Below, in pieces: positions 1 to 11,318 of a stretch of DNA of 57,551 bases. The translations under genes and the position numbers were made by a program. A model generated the notes under the pieces. That model saw nothing but the letters and a program-made list of their open reading frames with translations, did no database searches and was not told the DNA's origin. The DNA is taken from assembly GCA_002104905.1 (NCBI GenBank), contig MCFE01000563.1, forward strand, positions 1 through 57,551, given 5' to 3'. Source of the DNA: Basidiobolus meristosporus CBS 931.73 (taxonomy: Eukaryota; Fungi; Basidiobolomycota). Numbering within the stretch: the first letter of the stretch is position 1; every line of letters begins with the position of its first letter.

Positions 1-152
1 AACACTTACTATAACAGGAAGGTGTTCACACCCTTATTTTATAACATATTGTCTATTATCTAAGCCCCCTCAAGTAATATATATACCTATCCAATTGAAC
101 CAAGAGAGAGAACAAGAACATCTGGACAGAAGGAACACAAGTCTTTATTACC

Positions 153-247
153 TTGCTACATTCTATCAGAAGCTATTCTGAACCAAGTGGTACTGACTTG
201 ACCTAGCAGCTCTCCTACTCACTAAATACAGTCAGTAATAACCCACA
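153..247 (+). repeat. 3' end of putative 5' LTR of the decayed gypsy, followed by PBS-like TGGTGCTGT at 252
   Basis: ~95 bp (CTATTCTGAACCAAGTGGTACTGACTTGACC...AATAACCCACA) repeated at 5218-5312; ends in CA. Confidence 0.6.
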
Positions 248-3200
248 TATTTGGTGCTGTCTCTGCGGAAATAAGCACAGGTGAGGTAATAACTACTACA
301 ATCAAGCTAAAAATATACAAGGGAAAGAGAGAGAAAGCCCTTGGGTTGTTCCATAAGTTTAAGAGAGTTTTTGTTGATGCAGGTTGAGATGACAATAAGA
401 AAGTAAGGGAGTTTGCAAGACATATGGTAGAGTCAGCATGGCAATGGCATTATGGGTTGGAAAACACAGTTAAGGACAACTGGATGACTAGAAGAAGCCT
501 ACAAGACATGCTTTCTGTATGCCAAAGAATACCACTACAAAGCCCTTCTACTGTCCTCACAGAAGAAAAGCAGTGAGAGCTATGAAGCCTATGCTGAACT
601 GCTTGCCAACAAGTTTGATGTCTCCCAAAGGACAAAATTGCCAAACAACAGCTCATGCGGTGTTACATCATGGGCTTAGGCAGCAAAGTAATATGTAGGG
701 CATCCAACAAATAGCAGGGATGTAAAATGTTGCAAGAGTTGATCAAACAAGTACAAGGGGTTATCTTGCTATGGGGGCTACCTTATAGTGATACAAATGA
801 TTGAAGGACAGGGATTCCCCATAAGAAAGAAAAAATTGCCTCCCCAAAAGACCATGAGTTAGAGGAATTATGGCAAAAGGTCCAAGAACTCTTGATCCAC
901 AATATCTAAGAAGTCCACAAAGAAGGTAATTAACTCTGGGAAGCTGTTGTAGATCTAAAGGCCCAGGTACATGCCCTGACCCAACAGATGGAACCACTGC
1001 AACAACAGTGCCTGTGTTATGTATGTGGAGAGGTAGGCCACTGAGCACACAAATGTCAAAAACAGTGCAGACAAGGACTCATACCAGACAGAAAAGAGAA
1101 GAAGGCGTCAAAAGACAGTGTTTCTGGCCAGGAGGCCAACAGGACTTAGTCAATCTAAGGCCTCTGGTCCGAACAATCAATGTGCAGAAAACAAAGCATC
1201 AACATGATGCCTCTAGAGAGGAGGCAATGGAACCTATAGTAGAGGTTCTGTCAAAAGGAAAGAGTGCAGAATTAGGTGAAGAAGTACAGAATGGCCCTTG
1301 GGAAGAAGTGTTGAAGCAAGTAAAGAACGCTAGTACGTCTTCCCACAGACTATTCCTCATAATGAAGGTACTAGAGCAAACCAAGGCAAACCTCCCAATA
1401 CCAGTTTACTGGGACTTGACCTGGCTCTAGTCAAGGAACTGATAGAGGGATTGAAGGAGATAATGACCTCTCATGTCAACCAGACAGTCCTACAAAAACT
1501 GGATAAAGGTACATATGTTAAGGTGTGTATAGAGAATAAGGAGAGTCATCAGCTACATTGATCATGTCAGGGTCATTAGCAAAAATCTGAAGTTAGATAT
1601 GGTCACCAACAACACCATTTGTATACCGCTAGCAAATGACCAACAGGACACAACAGTAGGAGTGGTGCATAATTGCCTCATCCAGCTAGGCAACTTCATT
1701 ATACACCAAGATGTTGTGGTCCTACCTGTTGCCGCCAATGACTTACTCATTGGTAAGAGTTGGTTTATCCAGCATAAGACAGACATACTCTACAGTGCAT
1801 CTGAGCTCAGGTGGGATACCAAGAGTATTCCACTGATTCATATCACCAATGAGAGTGAGGTGCATAGCAACAGTGTGACAATCAAAGAGGTGAAACCATT
1901 GCAGTCTCCAATTGTCACACAAAAGGTGATGAAATACCACAGACCAGTGAGATGGTGATATCAATAGAGACACCAATAGCTTATTTGACAAGTGGAAGAA
2001 TGATAACCACAACAAAGAAATTCAAGCAACTGGAAGGAATCTTGATCCGTAAAGTATGGATATTGCCAGAATTTAAAACTCAAAGTCTGAAGTGCTTAGT
2101 GGTTAACAACAGGCAACACATGGTGACATTGCCTAGAGGAGTGCCATTGTTAAACCTGGAGGAAGTTGACAGACACAACCAAGGACCGCCTACAAACAAG
2201 GAACCAGAAAAAGAACTCCCCAAATCAGATGTGGACCCCGGTCAACCGCCTGAGTTACAAGACAAGTTCCTAGAAGGAGTACACCTGCTTGCTGGAGTAT
2301 TCTCTAAGAACCAAATAATTGGTCATATACCTGGGGTATATCACCAAATCCACCTTGCCAACAAGTACCCCATCAAGCAAAAACCCTATAGGAACATGAA
2401 AATTGACACAGACTGTATCAAAGAGGCAATTGAAACTTTATCAAAAGACAACATCATTACAGAGAGCCAGTTTCCATGGGCCTCCCCAGTAGTGGTAGCC
2501 CCAAAGAAAGACAGAAAGCAATGCTTTTGCAATGACTACCAAAAACTGAATGCCATCATCCAGAAGGACATGTATCCACTACCACAAATAGACAACCTCT
2601 TGGACAGATTAATTGAAGCTAAATATCTTAGCTCTCTTGGATTAATCTCAGGGTATTGGCAAGTAGAAGTAGCTCCAAAAAATTGACCCAAAGCCACTTT
2701 TATAACATTATTTGGATTATACAAATGGAACTGACTACCCTTTGCTTGTGCAATGCTCCCACTACAGTCCAAAGGATGATCAACAAGGTGCTAGGAAATT
2801 TACAATGTGAGTGCGCTCTTGTGTATCTGGACAACATCACAATATATTCTCCCAATGTAGAAGTACATATAAGCGATGTGCAACATATCCTGATAGCCCT
2901 CCTCAAGAACCAACTCAAACTACATCCCAAGAAGTGACATCTCCTGTATACAAAATTGTTGTTCCTGGGCCACAAGATCTTGGCATATGGGATATACCTA
3001 TTCATTTCACTCCTAAAAGCCTTTCAAGATACACCCGCACCAAAGGATATCAATGCAGTGTTGGGATTCCTAAGATTAGTCGGCAGATATTGCCACTTTG
3101 TCAAAAACTTTGCAACAATAGCAGCCCCCCTGTACAAATTGATGCAAAAAGGCCAGTGCTTTGTGTGGTCAGAGCCTCAAAAGAGAGCATTCAATCAGCT

Positions 3201-5217
3201 GAAACATTCCTTAATGTCACCTCCAGTGGTACATTTTCCCAATTGGGATGCAAGATTTTTTATTTACTGTAATGGAAGTCTCAACAGTATAGGTTCCATA
3301 CTGGGAAAATACCACAAACCTGGCAAATTCCACCCTATTAGTTACGTGAGCCATTTGCCAAACAAACACAGATGTCATTATCCTGTTACCAAGATAGAAT
3401 GTCTGGGTGTTTTTTATTCAATTAGACATTTCAATACATGCATGCATGGTTGCCAATTCACAATAGTAAAAGACAACAGCTTTCTGGTCTAGCTGATGAA
3501 TACTAACAACTTTACCAGTCAACTAGCCTGTTGGGCCCTCCAACTACAAGAATACAACTTCAAAATAGTTCATTGCACTGGCAAGAAACACCAGGATGCA
3601 GACTACCTCATTTGCTATCCTGTTTGCCAAGTACGCATTGGCAATGACTACAAGAATATAATCTGCTTTAAAAGAAGAGGGAAGTGTTCCAAACATGTTG
3701 TTACAATCAAGCAGAAGAGAGACTCTTAAGGAAATGGTGTCAGTACAAAGTACACAAAAACCAGTTATGGTTCCTTCAAGGACAGTTCAGAGTTGAGGTA
3801 CCCTTGGTAACTGCCTGCAAAGAAATCATACAAGAAAGACATATGTCATTAGGACATGCTAACCCCTAACAACATATATGATGTTGAGAAAGACATTTTA
3901 CTGGAAAAAAATGATGACCAACGTCATGAATATGTTACAACAATGCTCCACCTGTGAAAGATTTAACCAGAGTCAGAAGATAGGGACAACCACACCAACA
4001 CCACTTGACGCACCCTTCCACCAGGTAGGGATTGACTTTGTTGGCCCCTTTGTGAAAGCAAAGAAAGGAGAACAATACATTATAATTGGTACTGAATATA
4101 TCTCAAAGTGGGTAGAACCCCAAGCCATTCAAAATAAAGATCAGAAGACAACCACCTGATTCATTCTGGAACACCTCATCTGCTGGCATGAATATCCTCA
4201 GATACTCCTGTCTGACAATGATGGTTCCTTCCTGAACAGCACTGTGGCCCATTTGTGCAAAATGATGGGCATGATATAGGTCTTCATGGCTGCATATCAT
4301 CCCCCAACCAACAGATTAACCAAGAGGATGAGCCAAACATGTTGCCACATACTAGTGAAGCTTCACTAGGAGCTTCCCCATTCATGGGCCAAGCTGCTCC
4401 CACTGACACTTCTAGCAATGTGTACAATACCAAATAAACAGCAGGTTTCTCCCTGTACAAGGTTCTGTATGGACAAAGGCCCAAGTGGTGTGAAGAAGCT
4501 GGATTGACAATGGAAGGTGTCCCCTTGACAACACATAGCAACTTTGTAGAAAGGTTGATAAACCATATTGCCTACCAATATATAAAAGTATTTGAAAATG
4601 TTGACAAGCACCTTCCCCCTCCACCCAAAAATGAGAAACTAACAGGACAAAAGTGAAAACCAGGTGATTAAGTGTGGTACAACCAAACCGTTGCAGGACT
4701 CAAGTTTTGCCCACAATTCATACCCCAATGGATTGGCCCTTGCACCATTATTAGTTTGTACCACAGGCCAAAGTACACCATCACCCTGAGCAATTAGACA
4801 ATCAGCAACATAGCCCAGCCCATCTGACACCATTTCATAATGATTGGTGGGTCATCACTGAAACCAAAGTGTAATTAAACAATTATCAGGATAACGGTAG
4901 AGGAAGACATGGGATACATACAAAGTTTATTAGAGGAGATTTTAGTCAATATAGATACAAATGATATGCGCAAGGAAGTTTACCTAAAAGGGAGAACAAA
5001 AGAATGCATATGGAAAGCGGCAAAGGAAACAGTTCACCCAAAACTGGTGATACCCCTCTCACTAGCAAGAACCAGGATGATATCAAAAACAAGACCAACC
5101 TGCAAGTGTTGAGAGACATGGTACAAGCATTACATGCTACAAGAACCACCTCTGAAGAGTTGTTTGCCAGAGCAGTCACATTGATACAAGACATCATCAG
5201 AGAGGGACAAGACAAGT

Positions 5218-5312
5218 TTGCTAAGTTCTATTGGAAACTATTCTGAACCAAGTGGTACTGACTTGACCTACAAGCTCTCCCACTCACAAAGTACAGTCAG
5301 TAATAACCCACA
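5218..5312 (+). repeat. Second copy of the LTR 3' segment
   Basis: Direct repeat of 153-247 with a few substitutions; upstream sequences do not align. Confidence 0.6.
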
Positions 5313-5339
5313 CATGGCATGAATGAAAAACCATCATGC

Positions 5340-7400
5340 AGCTGGCAACAATTGACCCGCTGATCATCCTATTGCCTGTATGAGTTAGCAGTAGCATGGC
5401 ATTGACATCTGAAAATGTCACTATTCCAAGGTGTCCAAGTTGTCAGGAATCCACCACCATTGGGGGAAAACATTGTCCACACTCTGGATGTATTATGGTA
5501 ATACCTTGTCTAAAGAAGCACATGCAGTCTAACAAATATTGTAAAGCTATAATGTGCTGCACTCAGGATCAATTAAGCACAAACCTGTCCAATTTATTTG
5601 ATAGCATAATATTACAAACTGCTAAGAAGCAAGGACTAACTTGAAGGTAAGTATGGCCATGCCTTTGACTTGGCACTTGGTGGATTTTCATTAAGCAAGT
5701 ATTCTACCAGCAGATCCTGCTAGCTAGTGAATCTCATCAACCTGAGTTTGCAACCTATCTTATGGTATGTTAGCAGAAATCTGATGGTAGTCTCACTGGT
5801 GTGTAGGCCTATATTACCGTCCAGCCAGGATAGCTACCTGTAGCCACTGATGGATGAGTTTTGTGGGCATTCCATTGGGATAACAGCAAATGGCTATCAT
5901 TCAAAGTGCATATAATCATCTGCATTAGAGATACCCCAGCCATCAGCAAGATAGCTGGCTTTTTTTTGCACAATGTACAGTATTGCTGTCAAATGTGTGA
6001 GATCCAGGGGAATTACTCCAGAACTCACACACATTGTTAAGACCCAAACACTAACACTAAGAGCATCATCTCTCCGCAAAGAGATTGTTCAGAAGTCAAC
6101 ATTCAACTTCAGCAAAGTTGGCAAGCTATAAGCCATTGGCCAAAATATGGAATTAATTGAAACTGGAGATACTTACAATAGAGGGTAAATCTAAAAGAAC
6201 TGGCAAGATATTGCAGAGTATTTGCTACTTTAAGAACTTCTAATGGGCTATGAGCAACATTTATACAAAAATGCAATAATGGAAGTGCAAGGACTGGATG
6301 CACTGAATATATATTCATACAAATAGCCTTCTGAAGCAATTTATACCCACAACACACTAGAGGTATTGTGAGTCATATATGAGCATTGTAGGAATATTTA
6401 TCTAGAAGTTAATCACCAATGCCAACTTAACTCATCTATAGCTTTTGTGCAAGGAGTTTGTGGCAAAATTTGAGTGGCTATACTACAAACATAAAGCTGA
6501 ATGCAAAGATCTCTGCTGCTATTGTGTCCATTTGCTACTCCATATTACTTGGTGTGCTGAGAATATTGGACCTTACTTCACCTTTTGGGAGTTTCCTATG
6601 GAACAGATGTGTGAGGAGATAGGGGGACAAGTCAAGTTATAAGTACTACCATATCCAATCTCATCAAGTATATTACCTTCAAGTCCATCATGGATGCAGT
6701 GAGTTGGCACATGAAGTGCAGGCAGGAAGCACTGTAATATATTGAGGACAGATATTCTCATGGAGATACTTATGCCAGTAGCTTTTACCAGCTAAGCAGT
6801 CCCAATGCGTGGATAATTAGTTAAGTAATGTAAAGCTGGGTTAGGGGCAACAAGCAACTAGCTCTTGTTAGGAAAACTATACCATAGTAAGCCAGGTTTC
6901 CCTTGGCTACAGGCCAATTTCTACACCATTCAACGCAGAATTTGCACAAACAAGAGCCAGTACACACCTATAAATGTGACTAGAATCCATCAGGCAGAAG
7001 GAATACATTTGCTAAATACCAAAAAGTACTTTGCAGATGTTCAGGGGGTATTCATGGCATAGGTGGTAGCAACCAAACATATGTTTGCAAGATGTATATG
7101 TTACCAGCAATACAAGATATATGGCAGCTTAACAAATATCACATCAATGAGCTGCAAAGTTGTTGTCATAGACAAATGCCAATTGTAGCAAGTGTGCTCA
7201 TTTGTGGAGATTAGTAAGCTGGAGGCTATAGTATTTTTTGATTCAAGCTCTGTGGCAAATACTCAAGGTATTAGTGGGTAATCAAGTAAAGAGGGGTGGT
7301 TTTACTGTGGAATATATGATTGGCACAAGGGGAGGTAGAAAATGGACATTCAAGGCAAGTGGATGTACTGTGTGGTTAGATCCACTCAAAAATTTATAGA
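5340..7400 (+). mobile_element. CACTA/EnSpm-type DNA transposon relic (Tnp2/Transposase_21 + DUF4218-like), copy 1
   Basis: Fragments RCPSCQES (5396-5644) and VHLLLHITWCAENIGPYFTFWEFPMEQMC (6445-6642) match the HxLLH...GP...W.FPMER motif of Tnp2-associated DUF4218; DNA is homologous to 21200-22870. Confidence 0.7.
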
Positions 7401-8164
7401 AAGCCACAAAACTGCAACAATGCCATCCTTGGTGTAGGGACTATAGTGATGGATTTGAATATTTATTCAGTAGTATAGTGGTATCAACCAAGTCTTTTAA
7501 GAGATATTTACGAAACCAATGTGATTGTTGAGCTTCCATATATCTTGCATGATGCATCTTGAATTGCATTGACACAGATCATATTACATCAGTTGCAGAT
7601 TTCCTGTTTGCTGATAGTTTTGTGACTAACTCATCAGTAAAGTCACTAGCTCATTGTTGGAGAATGCTTTTTACAATATAATGATGGGATAAATGGCAAT
7701 TGATGGGTATTTAAACATAATGCATGGAAAAACTGATGAATCAAGTTGATTATGCCAAATCAGTTTGTATCACCTTCACTTGATCACATACCAATTTTGA
7801 TATGACCTACTCATCTGAATAGTCTTTTCCCTCAATCCCATCACTACCACTGGACTTACTATTAACACATTAGAGGAGATTTATACCAAGTACTGAGGGT
7901 CATTTACCCCAATTTACTCAAGAAGATCCCTTGTTAAGCTTCTCTGCTATCACAAGAGCTATTGCCCCACAAGCTTTCATCCCACCCTTCATGGCACTGT
8001 GGTTGTGTATAGGTCCAAGGGAGAGATACGTCCAACACTTCTCAAGTGTTTTGTGTGTGGGGTGTTCACTGGGTGCGATAACCTCTGGCAAAAGCTTGCT
8101 AGGAATACTTGGGTTCTGTCTCTAATCTAATGTGAAGGGGAATAAAGCCACAAGCTTGTCAAGG

Positions 8165-8420
8165 GAAAACTATTGAGCTACAATCCCCAACTTAGTTGGC
8201 ATCTTAACAAAAGTATGTGCTGGGTTCAGCGTCCTTTGAGATGACAACGTATTAAAGCTTCCAAAGTCAAAACAACTGTAAACTCCACCAGCAGGGACTT
8301 GATAAGAATGCAGCTGTGGTCAATAGTTACAAAGACAGAAAAGTATCTTTGCCTGTACAAGAACAAACTTGGAAAAGAATCAAATATAATAAAAGATACC
8401 TACTCTGAGTATTCCTCACA
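8165..8420 (-). repeat. Diverged homologue of the chromovirus 5' leader (18715-18950)
   Basis: Shared blocks AACTATTGAGC.ACAATCCCCAACTT, AACAACTGTAAACTCCACCAGCAGGG and AAAGTATCTTTGCCT in the same order. Confidence 0.65.
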
Positions 8421-8703
8421 AGTAGTGCCTCCAAGGTCAGTTGGCTGTCAGCGCGGTTTCCTGGGAGTGTCCTGTGGTCTGGGGTTGGAAGTTCAGGTAG
8501 CAGCAGGTAGCAGTGATCATACTAATCAACAAGTCGGTATATTGATAAAAGGGATGATGATTTATTGTAGAGGGATAGCCTCCCTTATATACTTTTCTCA
8601 CTGGCTAAGTGATTACTAATCATGGTGTTCCAGAAGCTTCCGGAGATCAATAGAAATCTTAATGACATCAGAATAACCTAAGAATGTTCTAAGTAGGTGC
8701 CAG

Positions 8704-9088
8704 TGTAGTGGGGTGACAGTGACACCCACTGACAGATGTGCTCATTCCCTTATTTTCTACTTCCCTATATCCCTACTACACTCATTTTAGTTTTATCCCA
8801 TTTGTCTTACCCAATCAGTACTATCCCATAAGCTGGTTGACTATCACACCTGCTTACCTTATTGCATAAGTTACCCCTCACTTTATGTAAGATTACTAGC
8901 TACAAGTGCTTCTATATTAGGCAAGTACCCGCGCCAGTACCTGTGACACAGGATCAACCCGTGTCACCATCCCTACCATTTCCATACCATATATGGTAAA
9001 ACTAAAATAAGTGTAGTAGAGATATAGGGAAGTAGAAAATAAGGGAATGAGCACATCTGTCAGTGGGTGTCACTGTCACCCCACTACA
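8704..9088. mobile_element. Fold-back/MITE-like element with ~95-bp terminal inverted repeats
   Basis: TGTAGTGGGGTGACAGTGACACCC...TTTTAGTTTTA at the left end is the reverse complement of 8997-9088 (about 2-3 mismatches); ~190-bp non-coding spacer. Confidence 0.8.
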
Positions 9089-9199
9089 GCACCAGAGGTC
9101 CTAGAAGCTTTCAATCCCAACTGACAGCAATGGAGAACCACCTTGCAGAGTGTATGAATGACTTAGAGCAGCTTGGATTACTAGGTACAAAAGCTCCAA

Positions 9200-9694
9200 T
9201 AGACTCCCATAACACAGTGTTGGGCAACAGGTTCCATATCAGGAGTACTTTGGATACCTTCCCAGTCAGGATAAGAAGATCATTTAGAGGGCAGATGCAC
9301 TTTTATTCTGGCAAATACAAGGTACACTGCAGGAAGTTTGAAGTACTGTCTGACATAGAGGGTATCATCATCTGATTTAGTGGGCCATCTGCTAAATATA
9401 GGCATGACAAAGTACTCTGTGTAGAGAATCATCCAGAATTTTAGTAGAGCAGAGAAGTGTATGACACACATAGCTTATAAAGTAGAGATTTGCCTTAGAT
9501 TAGAATTTATTACATTTCATAGGAAGCCAAGGGATGGAGTGCTTAGCAGGAAGCAGACACTCTACAATGAGATATTTTATCATTTCAGAGTGAGAGTAGA
9601 GCATATACTTGAAGAACTAAAGAGTCTCAGTATAGTAGCAGGTAAATGTGGAGGAAAATCATTTGAAGGCAAAAATAGCTGGACAGATAAATAG
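9200..9694 (+). pseudogene. DDE_Tnp_4 (PIF/Harbinger-IS5-like) transposase relic
   Basis: DTFPVRIRR...HFYSGKYKVHCRKFEV (ORF 9067-9375) and FITFHRKP...YNEIFYHFRVRVEHILEELK (ORF 9461-9694) resemble the N- and C-terminal DDE_Tnp_4 motifs. Confidence 0.6.
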
Positions 9695-11049
9695 TTAAGA
9701 TACTTATTAATACACAGTATACTCACACAAGAAGACATCTACTGAGCAAAATGTGTCTGGAGCATTATCAAGAGTACATATAGCAAGAAAAGCACTGTTC
9801 TGAGCAACAAAAGTAAGAGTGAGTAGATATAATGGTAACTGTTTCCTCCCACTAGTATGACTTTAAAGATTTGAGTGCCAGATAGTGCCATAGAGTGCCA
9901 GATTGATCTGGCACTATGAACAGGCTGGCACTGTTTAGCACTATCCAATGGAACATGTCTGTCAGTTTGTTTGAATGAAATGTAACAGAATTGATTCAAT
10001 CAGGAAGTAAGGAGTGTGAAGAAGGGGCAATGGCCAATCACTGCACAAGATTGTAGGAGGTGATTGAGTGCATAGGATAAGAAAGTAAGAAAATTGGCAG
10101 AAAACCAATCAAGAGCCACTGATACATTGTTGTGTTAAGAAACTTTGACCAAGTTATTTGTGGAATCTGGGGTACTATTAGTTTTAAATGGTCTCTGTGC
10201 AGTGTCCTGAAGGGATCAATACCTTTTATACACAGAATTGTAATATTTTGGTGCCCTTTTGATGGGATTATCACTATATCTTGATAGGATTACAGCTTGT
10301 AGGAAGCCAAGGAATGCCTGATGAAACTAATTTGATCCTGTGGGTGGATCCAGTCCAGGTCAGGTGTCAGGATCCTGTTTGGAAACTATGATAATATTGG
10401 CAGCTTGGAGTCAATGACCCCTGTCAAAATCTTATGATGGAATCCCAACAGCATTTGGCTAATTTTACTGCCAAATAGAGTTATAAAACTTGGCAGGGTT
10501 TGATTGGTATTGTAGCTTTAGTTGCATGGCATTGTGGTAGTCTTCATGTGCTCTAAAACAGTCTTAGATTGATCTAACTAGCCAGTATATCAAGTTGCCT
10601 CATATGAAATAAAACTTAATGGTGCTTTGGTGGCCTCTTTGCAGGTCTCTAATGGTATCATTATGGCTGTATGGTGGCCTACGTCTGGCTTTATATTAGA
10701 CTTGTTTGGTTGGATAGCACCACATTGAGCCATGAGTGTCAAATGATGCCATAGTGTGCCAGAGAGGCCAAGTGAGCCTATACTTGGCCACAGAGTGTGA
10801 AACATAGATCTGCATCTTCATGCAAAGCATCCCCTGTGTTTCACCTATGATGCAGGAGAAAATCCATTTTTCAACCTTTTTTTTTAGGTCAATGTTGTAC
10901 AGGATGTGCAATAGCACTAAAGGATTGAAGATATATATCTGGTACTCAATACCCATGGCACTCTGAATCTAGCTCCTATGGCTTGTAACATGTCACAAAA
11001 ATGCATGGCACTATCTTGGTCCACTGGTACTATCTGGCACTATAAGCGC

Positions 11050-11318
11050 TTTGTATTGATCTTACTTTAGGGCTAATATTTAAACATTATGCCGGATACC
11101 CAAAGACCTTTTTGGTGTTTTGCCAATATATTCCTTTACCCTGCCAGATCTTATTCACCCCTATAAATGTGCACTGACTCTTGTTATGTGGGTTCTGTAT
11201 TGAATGGTATAGAAACTGACCTCTGACCAGGAGAAACTCTATAGCCTCTTGTGGAGTTCTCCTGATAAAATTTAGTTGCTTGTTGCACCCAACCCAGCTT
11301 TGCATTACTTGACTGATT
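11050..11318 (-). mobile_element. Inverted fragment of the CACTA relic
   Basis: ORF 11087-11305 (MQSWVGCNKQLNF...) parallels 22380-22565 (MQNWVGCNKQLIL...) and 6830-7040. Confidence 0.6.

Larger units (their letters stand above)
1..5312 (+). mobile_element. Decayed Ty3/gypsy LTR retrotransposon (may extend left of the window)
   Basis: Fragmented ORFs in PR-RT-RH-IN order: protease-like 1599-1958; RT 2300-3200 (FPWASPVVVAPKKD, YPLPQID, LVYLDN); RNase H 2956-3730 (LACWALQLQEYNFKIVH); integrase 3878-4500 (PFHQVGIDFVGPF, YISKWVE). Many stops and frameshifts. Confidence 0.85.

Noticed and set aside
6837-6847. GGGTTAGGGG, a possible interstitial telomere
   Set aside because: It lies within the CACTA relic, whose other copies read GGGTTGGATG/GGGTTGGGTG; a chance match.
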